A DNA stretch of 64,000 bases, taken from NCBI RefSeq assembly GCF_009834535.1, contig NC_045697.1, positions 53,198,001-53,262,000 on the forward strand, written 5' to 3'. Under the pieces are notes generated by a model. It was given only the letters and a program-made list of their open reading frames with translations. It ran no database searches and was not told the DNA's origin. Position 1 is the first letter of the stretch. Every line of letters begins with the position of its first letter. This document shows, in pieces, positions 53,209-64,000 of this stretch. Origin of the DNA: Camelus ferus. Lineage: Eukaryota. The position numbers were made by a program, and so were the translations under genes.

Positions 53209-53999
53209 CACTCAGAAGTGAATGGAATGGAGAAGTTTGCGGCTTGAAGGCCTCTCCCTGGGATCAGTTATTAGTTGAATCATCAACTATCACAGTGTGT
53301 TGAAATTGAGGAATAACTGACATTTACAGTTTCATTGAAACTTTGGCTGAGTGACTACCAAATACAACTATTTGTGGTTTCTTTTCACAGTTGTGTATCT
53401 TTGTATGTTCCAAGCTCATCACTTCACATAATGTAGCCCCGTGCACTTATTTAAAAATCTTTTTCCTTTAATTTCTATAATTAAAACATTATTTCCTCAG
53501 CATCCTGTTGGTATTGATTATAATCTATTAGAAAGTTTTTTTGATAGTGCTGTAATTTTAAGAAAACAATCTAAAAATGTTAAATATGGAATTGAAACCC
53601 TTTGCATGATTCTACTTTTAGCTCTTTGATTTTAGGGTTAGAACGTCAAAGATCAATGGACTGTATTTGGTAGCATCAGATATCGTGGTTATGTTATGAA
53701 ACACAATAATCTGTTTTTCAATTAAAGATGCACTTAACACAACAGACGGTGTATATCCATCAAATATAGGACTGAAAACTAGTGCCCTCAAAAAATTCAA
53801 GAATCACTTTAAATATATATGCATAAAACCTGGGCTTTTCATCATTTATTTAAATGCCCTCAAAAATATTGCATACTTGTGTTCAGTTTCTGTTTCAACA
53901 GAATTTTTATGAACCAAGCTGTAGCAATACATCAATGTCCCTTCCTTTCTTTTATAATTTCTAGGAATTTTTCTCAAGAGAACTCAGAAAAATTGTGAC

Positions 54000-54260
54000 A
54001 ACTAACATTTCTTGAGGGCTTTAAGTGCTCAAGCACAAACGTAAGCACTTTGTATGTGTTACCTCATTTAATCTGCAGAACAACCAACTCCAAGAGCAAA
54101 GTACTATTATCAACATCATCTCCATTTTACAGATAAAGAGATGGAGAAATAATAACAGGTCTGAAGTATTATAACTTGTACTCTGACAGAGAATATCGAA
54201 TACCAGCAATTTGGTTCCAAAACCCATACTCTTTAACTAGTGCTTTATACTGTCACCATA
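54000..54260 (-). mobile_element. MIR SINE upstream of FDCSP
   Basis: cctcatttaatct..tattatc..catctccattttacagataaaga core. Confidence 0.75.
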
Positions 54261-55589
54261 GCAGAAGTTTAGAAAAATCAGTGCAAAATTAAAGAAACAT
54301 TAAATTTTCTTTGCCTGTATCTGAACATTCAATTTATCTCACTGATTTAAAGAAAATTGTTCCATTAGAAACCTAATTTATTAAAACTAGTATGTCGTTG
54401 TATTTTAGCTTTCATTTTGACCAACCTGGGGTTAGAGTGGATTTCCTTACGACTAGGATAACGGGTTGTGTGTATGTGTGTGTGTGTGAGCCTGCATGTG
54501 TGTGTATATGTGTGTTTGTGTGCATGTATATATAACTTACATATATAACTTATATATATAACTTATAATATATATATTCACTTCTTTACCTTACAACTGT
54601 GTTTCTGTTTCTTATACTTATCTGAAATTGTTCTGACAAAAGCTGCCAGTTGCCACTTAACTGTGAAAACCATAAAGGCTTTTTTGTCTTCAGGATATTG
54701 ACATTTTTCGGGCATATAATGGTGGTGACTACTCCCATTCAGAAAACTAGTTGTCTTTTCCTGGGCTTCTTATACATTCTCTCTTGTTCTTTTTCAACGT
54801 TTCTGATGGCAGCTTTAATCTTTGCTGATTCTTTTTTCTCCAATTCATCGTACATGACCTCTTAACTTTTTAGCTTACACTTACTCTGAATAATATAATC
54901 TACTTCTGACTCCCTAGCCTACACCTTTAGCTTGAAGACTTTTTTTTTTTAAATTGAAGTATTGTCAGTTTCATGTGTTAGTCTGGTGCACAGCATAATG
55001 TCCCACTCAAGCATATATTCGTTTCCATATTATTTTTCATTAAAGGTTGTTATAAGATATTGAATATAGTTCCCTGTTAGCTTGAAGTCTTTGTCTAACT
55101 TCACATTCCCTTTAGATGTCTGATGGGTATAGTTCAAACTGAAATTATTATTTTTCCCTCCAAATCTCTCCTTACTTTTGTTTAGTTCCTAAGCTGATGG
55201 TCCTTAGTCACTCATGCATCCAAGCTGGAATCTGAGACTCACCTTATCCTTTCCTTGCCCCTTCCCTTTGGCATCTAATAGTAATTAAGTTTTTCCTTCT
55301 TGTGTATTCCAGGAGTCAGGCTCTTCCATTCTCATTGCCATTTCCTTATTTTAGTTCTTCCTTCTCTTCTGGACTGTTACAGTGGTTTCAATTAGATTCC
55401 CTATGTCCAATATTCTCCACTCCCCAACCCATCTTCCTCACATTCTTCTAAAGTAGCTTTTAAACCTTTTAAAATGCAACTCATAGGGAAAAATGCATGA
55501 TTTGTCATAACATTCACACACACAACTGAAACAAGGTTTAAAGAACAATGATAGTTTTATTTATTTAACTTTCTAAATACATAGTATTT

Positions 55590-55892
55590 TTTCCGGCTTT
55601 ATTGAGACAAATTTGTTATATGACATTGGGTAATTTTAAGCTGTATAATGTAATGGTTTGATATATGTTTATGTTGTGAAATGATTACCACAATAAGGTT
55701 AGTTAACACTCTATCACCTCACATGGTTAGTTTTGTGTGTGTGTTTCTGTGTTGTGAGAACATTTAAGATCTAACTCTCAGCAACTTTCAAGTATACAGT
55801 ACAGTATTGTTGACTATAGTCACCATGGTATAAATTAGATCCCCAGGACTTACTCATCTTATAACTGGAAGTTTGTACCCTTTGACCACCAT
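55590..55892 (-). mobile_element. L1 3' UTR fragment
   Basis: ctttattgaga..aatgattaccacaataag..ctatagtcaccatg..ataactggaagtttgtaccctttgacc; related to 14015-14300. Confidence 0.8.
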
Positions 55893-58084
55893 CATAAATC
55901 AGACCTCTTCTTGCCACACATCCTCAGGGTTCCTCAGATAATTAGGTTTCTCACCTAATATAAAGAGATATGAAAGTATCTTGCATAGTAATTAGAACCA
56001 GATAGGGGCTTAATATGTTAGTTAGTTAGTTAATATATTAGAATTAGTACACATTTTAAGCCACACTATGGGAAGTCTTAGCAGTGAATTACTGCAATAA
56101 GGGAGCAGAAATATCTTGTTCCACATCTTATGTTCCAGATCTTGTAATATATACAAATTTGATATATATTAGAAATAGACAGTTTGTAGAAATTCAGTAC
56201 ACACACTTTCTTTAAGCATTATCACTTTTCTGTGATTTGAAAATCTTGAGAAATGATCTAACCATTAATAAGCTTGCATGTATGTCAATACTAAAGAAGA
56301 ATTTTTGTTTTAAAAAGTCTGTGATATTTTCTAAGAGGATGGATACAGACAAATAAATCTCTGAATTCTTGTCAAAGCCCCTGCAAATGTTACATTCAAC
56401 CAGAATTGACTTTAGTGACTCTGGATTCCTGAAAAAAATTATAGTCTTATGTATCAATGTTGTAATCTGAGTGGTTGTCAATTCCCAGTCTCCATGGAAC
56501 ACTTGATCCTCAGCTGCTAAAAAGAAAAGCAGTTATAGAGTTCTCAAGCCTGGAATTTGTACCAGCAAGTGCCAGAGTCATGGCCAGACAGCCCCATGTC
56601 CACCATACTGTTCCCTGGAATGGACCTGGCTTACACTGGCACCAGCTATGTGCTTACTAAATAATTTTCAGAAATTGCTTTGGCTATTTCCTGGTGTTTT
56701 TTGCAAGTTGTACTATAACTTGAAGCCCAAAGGTCAATAGCTGAGAACCCTCATTTATTGACTGTGCCTCATACATATGAGACATAATTTTGTCAGGATA
56801 ATTTGAATTTTACACCAAATTCTATTAATAATTTTTTTATTTTTCATAGGCTCAAATGATGGAAATTCCCATATTTGATATGTTACAAATAACTTACGTT
56901 GCCCATGTTGCCATTTTTGACATATATTATCAACAACTGCGTAGCCCATTCCAAAACTTCCCTTTCCCTTTCAAAATAAATACTTTTTTCCAACTAGTAA
57001 TCGTTGAATAAGAAACCTTAAGAAATTAATGATTCCTTCCTATGAACTATTACATTTGTAAAAAAATGTTTGAATAAAACCACATTTTTTGATACTACAC
57101 ATGGTTTACAGCACGGCTGCGCTGTCTGTTACTCAGAGCTCTGTGGACACCTCCCGTGGTTCCTCCTGAGTAGCCATTTCCCCTGATGATGCTCCACATG
57201 CGAAGTTTAAGAAAGTGGCCTGCAGAGTCCTGCATCCAGGATCTGAATCAATCCCCTCCACTTACTTAACTCAAATAAGTCTATTAATCTTTTATAACTA
57301 CTCATTCACTCAGCATTAAAATAACAATGACAACATTATTTTCCTGTTTGCCTCATCGCTTTAACAATTTAAATAAAATGACATTTTCTATTTGGCAGTA
57401 TATGACAATCAAAAGTCATGAACTGTGTATCTCCTTCAGGTACCTATCTGATTTTTTCCATGTTCATGGTCCAGAATTTTGAGCTTCTCCTCCTTAATTT
57501 TTATCATTGAATTATCAAGAATATAAGACATTTTCTGTGTTTAATAAAGATTCTAATTATACTAAATCCAGAAGGAGCCACATAATCAGAAAAATGTTCT
57601 GTTAGCTTTTCCTTATTCATGTAACATTGTCAAAATGCTTATGTGCTAGAAACTGACAGATGCTTTACATGAAATACATTGTGTAAATTCACCATAGCCT
57701 GTGGGACAACCTATGCAATTGTTCCTGTTTTACAGATGAGGAAAAGGTGGCTTAGAAGTTAGGTATCAAAGATCACAAATCTGTGTAACTGGAATACAGA
57801 GTTAGTCAGTTCCTAACCACAATACAAGTAACAGGAAATGAATTAGAAAAAATCCACTTAGTGAATCATAAGAGGGCTGTAGGGAATTTAGCTATAATCT
57901 GTTACTGTAAAAAGTATTTTTATATTGAAAGAGGTTGCATTCTAGCCTGTTTGGACAAAAGGCTACAATATATTAAAAAGACAGTCTTAATTTTACATAT
58001 TTTAAATAATAATAATATATTTAAAAAGATGATGCAGTTTTATTTGGACAAAGGAACCTTTAGACCTGCCACAAAATATCTTTC

Positions 58085-58282
58085 TTCTGCCTGTTGTTCT
58101 ATTCAGGCTGTCAATGGATTGGATGCTGCCCACCCAAAATGAACAGAACAATCTACTCTGTGGAGTCCATAAAGTCAAATGCTAATCTCATTCAGAAACA
58201 CTTTCACAGACAAACTCAGAAATAATGTTTAATCTAGACACTCTGCTGCAAGTCAAGTTGACATGTAAAACTACCCATCATA
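58085..58282 (-). mobile_element. MLT2 (ERVL) LTR fragment
   Basis: gattggatg..gcccacc..aatgctaatctc..cagaaataatgtttaa..gtcaagttgacat.taaaa end motif. Confidence 0.7.
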
Positions 58283-58639
58283 CAAAGAAATGTTACCCAT
58301 ATTCAAAAGTAAAATCAGTCAATAGAAACAGACCCACAATCTATTGAAATCAACAGAGAAGAATTTTAAAGTAAGATTAAACATGTTGAAGAATTTATAG
58401 GAATATTATTAATAAATGTGTTGAGTGAAATATTAGAAAATTTCTGGAAAGATAAGAAAATTGTTAAAAAATCAAATGGAAACCCCAGAACTTAATTTTA
58501 AAATCCTGAAATAAAAAATTCATTGGATGAGATTATCAGCAAGCAGATTGGATATAATGGAAGAAAAGATCAGTGAATTCAAAGAATGTCAGTAAAAATT
58601 TTCCAAACTGAATTACTCAGAAAAAAATTAACCAAACAT

Positions 58640-59787
58640 ATAAATACATATATTCATTTTCATATTCTTTTTCATTATAGGTTACAGTAAGGTATTGAAT
58701 ACAGTTTCGTGTGCTATACAGTATAAACTTGTTGTTTATGTATTTTATATATAGTAGTTAGTATCTGCAAATCTTGAACTCCCAGTTTATCCATTCCCAA
58801 CCCCTTTCCCCCTGGTAACCATGTTTGTCTTCTATGTCTGTAACTCTGTTTCTGTTTTATAAATAGATTCATTTGTGTCTTTTTTAAAAAAAAGACTCAA
58901 CATATGAGTGGTATCATATGATATTTTCCTCTTTCTGCCTTACTTCACTTAGAATGACAATCTCTAGCTCCATCCATGTTGCTGCAAATGGCATTATTTT
59001 ATTCTTTATTTATGGCTGAGTAGTATTCCATTGTATAAATGTACCACAACTTCTTTATCCAGTCCTCTGTCAATAGACTTTTAGGTTGCTTCCATGTCTT
59101 GGCTATTGTGAACATTGGGGTGCATATATCTTTTTGAATTAAGGTTACCTCTGGTTATATGCCCAGCAGTGGGATTGCTGGATCATATGGTAAGTCTGTT
59201 TTTTAGTTTTTTGAGGACTCTCCATACTGTTTTCCCTAATGGCTTCACCAAACTGTATTCCCACCAACAGTGTAGAAGGGTTCCCTTTTCTCCACACCCT
59301 GTCCAGCATTTATGATTTGTGGACTTTTGAATGATGGCTATCTTGACTGGTGTGAGGTGATATCTCATTGTAATTTTGACTTGCATTTCTTAGATAATTA
59401 GTGATACTGAGCATTTTTTGATGTGCTTTTTGGCCATTTGTATGTCTTCATTGGAGAATTGCTTGTTTAGGTCATTTTTGGATTGGGTAGTTTCTTTTTT
59501 TTGTTATTAAGTTGTATGGAAATTAAGTCCTTGTCAGTCGTATCATTTGCAAACATTTTCTACCATTCTGTAGGCTATATTTTTGTTTTCTTCATGGTTT
59601 CCTTTGCTGTGTAAAAGCTTATAATTTAATTAGGTTCCATTTGTTTATTCTTGCTTTTATTTCTTTTTTTGTTTGTTTTTGTTTTTTGGGTTTTTTTTTG
59701 GTTTTTTTTTTTTTAAATATTTTTGCTTTTATTTCTATTGCCTGAGTAGACTGCCCTAGGAGAACATTGCTAAGATTTATGTCAGAA
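58640..59787 (-). mobile_element. Younger L1 3' part inserted antisense into an older L1
   Basis: ORF 59183-59386 [38 protein letters not shown] (ORF2 Cys-rich domain). Confidence 0.9.
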
Positions 59788-59789
59788 TA

Positions 59790-62240
59790 CAGTAATATTT
59801 TAAAAAGATATCACATTATAACAAATTGGCATTTTCTCCCCAGGATTGAAAGGTTAGTTTAACATTGAAAAATAAAACAATATAATTTACTACATTAACC
59901 AAATGAAAGGGAACATTCATGTTTTTATTTCAGTAAATGCAGATAATTTATTTAACAAAAGTCAAAATCCATTCATAATAAAAATTCTCATCAAACTAAG
60001 TGTAAAAGTGAAATTCCACAATCTCATATGGGTAATTTATGGGAAATGTAAAGCTGACATCTTACTTAACTGTGAAATAATAAATGCTTTCTTCCTACTA
60101 TCAGAAACAATGCAAGTATATCCACTTTTGTGCCTTCTAATCACCATTACACTGGACACCCTAATCAGTGTAACAAGGCAAGAAAAACAGTTAAAGATGT
60201 ACAGAATGAATAGAAACAAGTGGAATTATTTTTTTTTCCAGAAAATGTGTTTTTTTAGCTGGAAAATAATATGGAATCTGCAAAGCAGATGTGGAACCTA
60301 ATAAATGTATTTAGCAGGATAATGGCATACAAGCTCAATGTACAAAAGTCAACTGCATTTCTATGTGCTAAAAAATGGAAAATAAATAAATGGAATTTAA
60401 AAACATAAATATATTTAGAAAAAAGTTTAACAGATATTGCAAGACCTCTTCACTGAAAACCACAAAACATTTCAGAGATAAATATGAAATAACCTAAATA
60501 AGTATATGCCACATTCATGAATTGGAATACTCAGCATGGTTAAGATGCCAAATCTTTCCTGATCTAGAAATTCAACACTATCCCATTAAAACTCAAGCAG
60601 AGAAGAAACTGAGAAACTGACTCTGAAATTTATATGGAAATACAAAAGACATCACTATAATAATCAAGACTGCAATATTAATGCAAAGACTAAAAAAAAC
60701 AGTTAAATGGAATAGAATCCAAAAATAGATGCAGATGCATAGTCAATTGGTTTTCAATAAAGATCCCAAGGCAATTCAGTAAGAAAAGGACAATCTTTTT
60801 AACAAATGATACTGGATCAACTAGGCATCTGTGTGGAAAGAACTATCCTTGACCTGTATCTTCACACTATACAGAAATCAGTGGCTACAGATCTAAATGT
60901 AAAAGCTAAACCATTAAAAATTTTGTAAGAAAACATAGGAGAATATATTCATTACTTTGGGTTAGGTGAACATTTCTTTACTAGGACACAAGACACTAAT
61001 CTCCAAAAACTGACAATTGAACTGCACCAAAATAAAAAATTCTGCTCTTCAAAAACCACACTATGAAGTGAAAAGACAAGCTCCAGACTGGGACAAGTGT
61101 TCACAATAATATTTATTTGACAAATTACATAATCCAGAACACATAAAAACCTCTTAAAACTCAGTCATATGAAGATAAATGAAATGCTTGAATGTAATTT
61201 TCAAAAATAAAGATATACAAATGGCCAGAAGTATAGAAAAAAACACATATTATTAGTCATCAGGAAAACACAGATTAAAGCCATGAGATGCATCGTCATA
61301 CTTGTTACTTGTTAAATAGCTAAAATTAAAAAGACATAAAATTCTGAACTATATGATAGAGTAGATATAAACTTAACTATTTAATATGTTAGGTTGAGAT
61401 ATAGATTTAGAAGTCAGTGATTACTTATAAGTGTTTATTAAAGTCACAACAATAGAAATGTTCATGTGTTGATTTTTGAAAGGGAGGGAGAAGAGAGGGT
61501 AGAGGTCAAACTTTGTGAAGGCTAATTTTGAAAGGACATTTGACAAAAGAGGAATTCATGAAAATGATTTTATATATATATATTTATATATATAATTGCC
61601 ATATATGTATATAAAGACAATTCTAAATGTTGGCCAGAAGGTGGAGGAACTAGAATTCATATTACTGATCAGAGTATAAAATGGTACAGTCACATAGGAA
61701 ACTACTTAGGAGTTACTTATAATAAACTTACCCTATGCTTTATCTCCACTTTTTGGTATTTACTCAACAGCAATGAAAACATATGTTTACAAAAAGACTT
61801 GTACAGGAGCTTCATAGCAGCTTTATGCCAAGTGGCCAATAATTAGAAGCAACCCAAATGTTCCTCAATAGGAGAATAGTTAAAAGAAACTGTAGTACCT
61901 TCGTACAATATAACACACAATTTAGGCAACGACATGGATTCACAAAAGTATTATATTGAGTAAAATAAGCTGGCACAAAAGAATACACAGTGTATGATCT
62001 ACTTTATACGGAGCTCCAGAATAGGCAAAATTAATATACGTTGATAGAAATTTTATTTTTTTAAGTAGTAACCTGTCGTGAGAATGGGGAGACTAGATTG
62101 ACTGGAAAAGAGAAGGAGGGGACTTTGCGGGGGTGATGGAAATGTTCTGTGTCTTGATAGGCGTAGGTACGTACATTTATATGTATATGTAACTCAAACC
62201 CATCAAACTACACACTTAAACTCTATGCATTTTAAAGTGT
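59790..62240 (+). mobile_element. Old, degraded L1 (ORF2 reverse transcriptase to 3' UTR); its 5' part lies at ~58290-58635
   Basis: ORF 59903-60301 ISVNADNLFNKSQNPFIIKIL resembles the L1 RT motif ISIDAEKAFDKIQHPFMIKTL. Confidence 0.85.
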
Positions 62241-63871
62241 TACTAGACTGTGATGATGGATTGGTCATGTATGCAATTTTGGGGGTGAGATCATACATGG
62301 ATTCCATATGTCTGTCCTGAACTAATGCTCTTATAATACATTAGATAGGAAGCACTCAGTGAGAAGGTTGGTAGGGAAAGTTTTGAGGCTACAGTGTGGA
62401 TTACCAAATGTAAGCAAAACTGATTCTAGGGAAATTATTCTGCATAGGAGTTTTCTGATCAGATCTGTTCAAAATTGAGGTGCTTTTTCTGCTTTGCCTT
62501 TCTTTCACTGGCCTGGGATGGGGAAGTTGAGATGCTAGGATTAAAACCAACACAATAAAATACAGTTCTTTGCATGTATTGCAGTGATATTTCCATAAAG
62601 CGTACCTTCTTGTCTTCCTAACTTTGGTAACAAAAATGATAGTGTTTAAAGCTTCTGTATAAAGTAGTTTGAAAACATAGACTATTTCACTGATGGTGAT
62701 TATAGTATGCGTGTTTTCAAACATAGTTGTTGCTCAGGAATACCTTAACAAGACTTAACAGCTTCCTGAAGCAGATTGGATCCTGAACAGTCTGAGATTA
62801 GGGAATTTATTTTTTAAGCTGAGTCACTAAATTGGATTTGTTAAAAACATCCAGAGTAATAAGGTCTTTTTAATATTGCCTGGAATAAAATAAAAAATAC
62901 AGCATGCTTAGCTCAATATTTATGTTTTATCAAAACATTTTCTTGAAGTAACTTCTTAATGTTTATCCTTGCATTACTTTATTTATGTAGAATTTAGCCC
63001 TTTAATGTGTTTATATGTTCATGTATTGATAACATTTGTGTATTTTTTAAAGCCTTTATTATTGTAACCCCTAATATTGTCAAACTCTTGACTTGATTAT
63101 AGCATGATGCTTAGAGTTTTGCAGTTTTTCCTAAGTTCTGCTTCTCTTCATTGAACCGTCAAATAGAATAGCTGTGCTGTGCCCATTTCTCTTCTTTAGT
63201 CTCTGACCATCCCTTTTCTCCTCCCCCTTAACGAGAAAAGTCAAATACTTGCTGTATTCCGGAATGTATTCTAAACACTCAGCATGGATTACCTTATATA
63301 ATTTTCAATGACCACACAAACTCTTGGAATTTCAGAACACAATGTTCCTACATGCTGAATACTTGCATCTTATCAGATATCTTGTACAATTCCCTAAATC
63401 ATGTCCAATATTAAGAAGTCTGTCAATCACCCAGAATTACTCTCACTCAACCCACCAATTTAGGGAAAATAGGATAAAGTATAAAATGAAGGTAGAATAG
63501 GTGATTATTGGATTACCTTTCCATTGGGTAAGTAGCAGTTTCCAGAGTCAGAACACTACTAAATGCTGGAAAAAGATAAGACTCTAGAAATTGTGATCAA
63601 ATTTAAAGCCTAAAATACTAATTAAATTTGTTTGAAACCACCTAATACATATTTATTCATTCATTCATTTACCCACTCATTCATTTTTCTTTTCATACAC
63701 ATACACTCACAGACATCAACACACATCTACATACAAATATGTGAAGTATACTGAATGTCAATTTTCCTGTCTTCTCAGAATTTCAGCTGAAGTTCCAAAG
63801 CTGAGAAAATACATTAAGAAGTACTTCCATAGTACTTCCACAAGTAAATGGGGGAAAATTAACATTTTTCT

Positions 63872-64000
63872 GAGTTGACCCTTGAACAAGATGGGGGTTA
63901 GGGGTACCAACCCCCACATAGTCAAAAATCCATTTATAAATTTTCAATCGGCACTCCATATCCGTGGTTCCACATCTGAGGATTCAACCAGCCACAGATC
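63872..64000 (+). mobile_element. TcMar-Tigger DNA transposon fragment (Tigger2/MER8-like), cut by the window end
   Basis: agttgacccttgaacaa.atgggggttagggg terminal sequence and ggattcaacca motif. Confidence 0.7.

Noticed and set aside
48576..53967. Isolated TTCTAGGAA GAS motifs in and near FDCSP
   Set aside because: Single motifs are expected by chance every few kb in AT-rich DNA; they are not clustered.
62401..62724. 107-aa minus-strand ORF as a possible ODAM or other SCPP exon
   Set aside because: No recognisable ODAM motifs or SCPP exon pattern; ODAM is expected beyond the right end of the window.

Overview
AT-rich, repeat-rich mammalian genomic DNA from the casein/SCPP (secretory calcium-binding phosphoprotein) cluster of a camelid, most likely Camelus. 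All genes are on the minus strand. From high to low coordinates the window holds: (1) FDCSP (5 exons, ~48030-53180), whose usual start position reads ATT but which has an in-frame upstream ATG behind a strong splice acceptor; (2) a complete kappa-casein gene CSN3 (5 exons, ~27846-37208, 182 aa, Phe97-Ile98 chymosin site) with a cluster of STAT5/GAS motifs ~1 kb upstream; (3) an unannotated-looking, decayed three-exon secreted mucin gene of MUC7/PROL1/SMR3 type, starting ~2.7 kb downstream of CSN3 (~21400-25190), with intact splice sites and signal-peptide exon but several stops and frameshifts; (4) a second, more eroded Thr/Ser-rich exon relic (~15650-16160). The rest is L1, L2, MIR, MaLR/ERVL LTR, DNA-transposon and SINE remnants plus microsatellites. 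No CRISPR array, rRNA or tRNA gene was seen. Gene and repeat names come from recalled sequence similarity, not from database searches.
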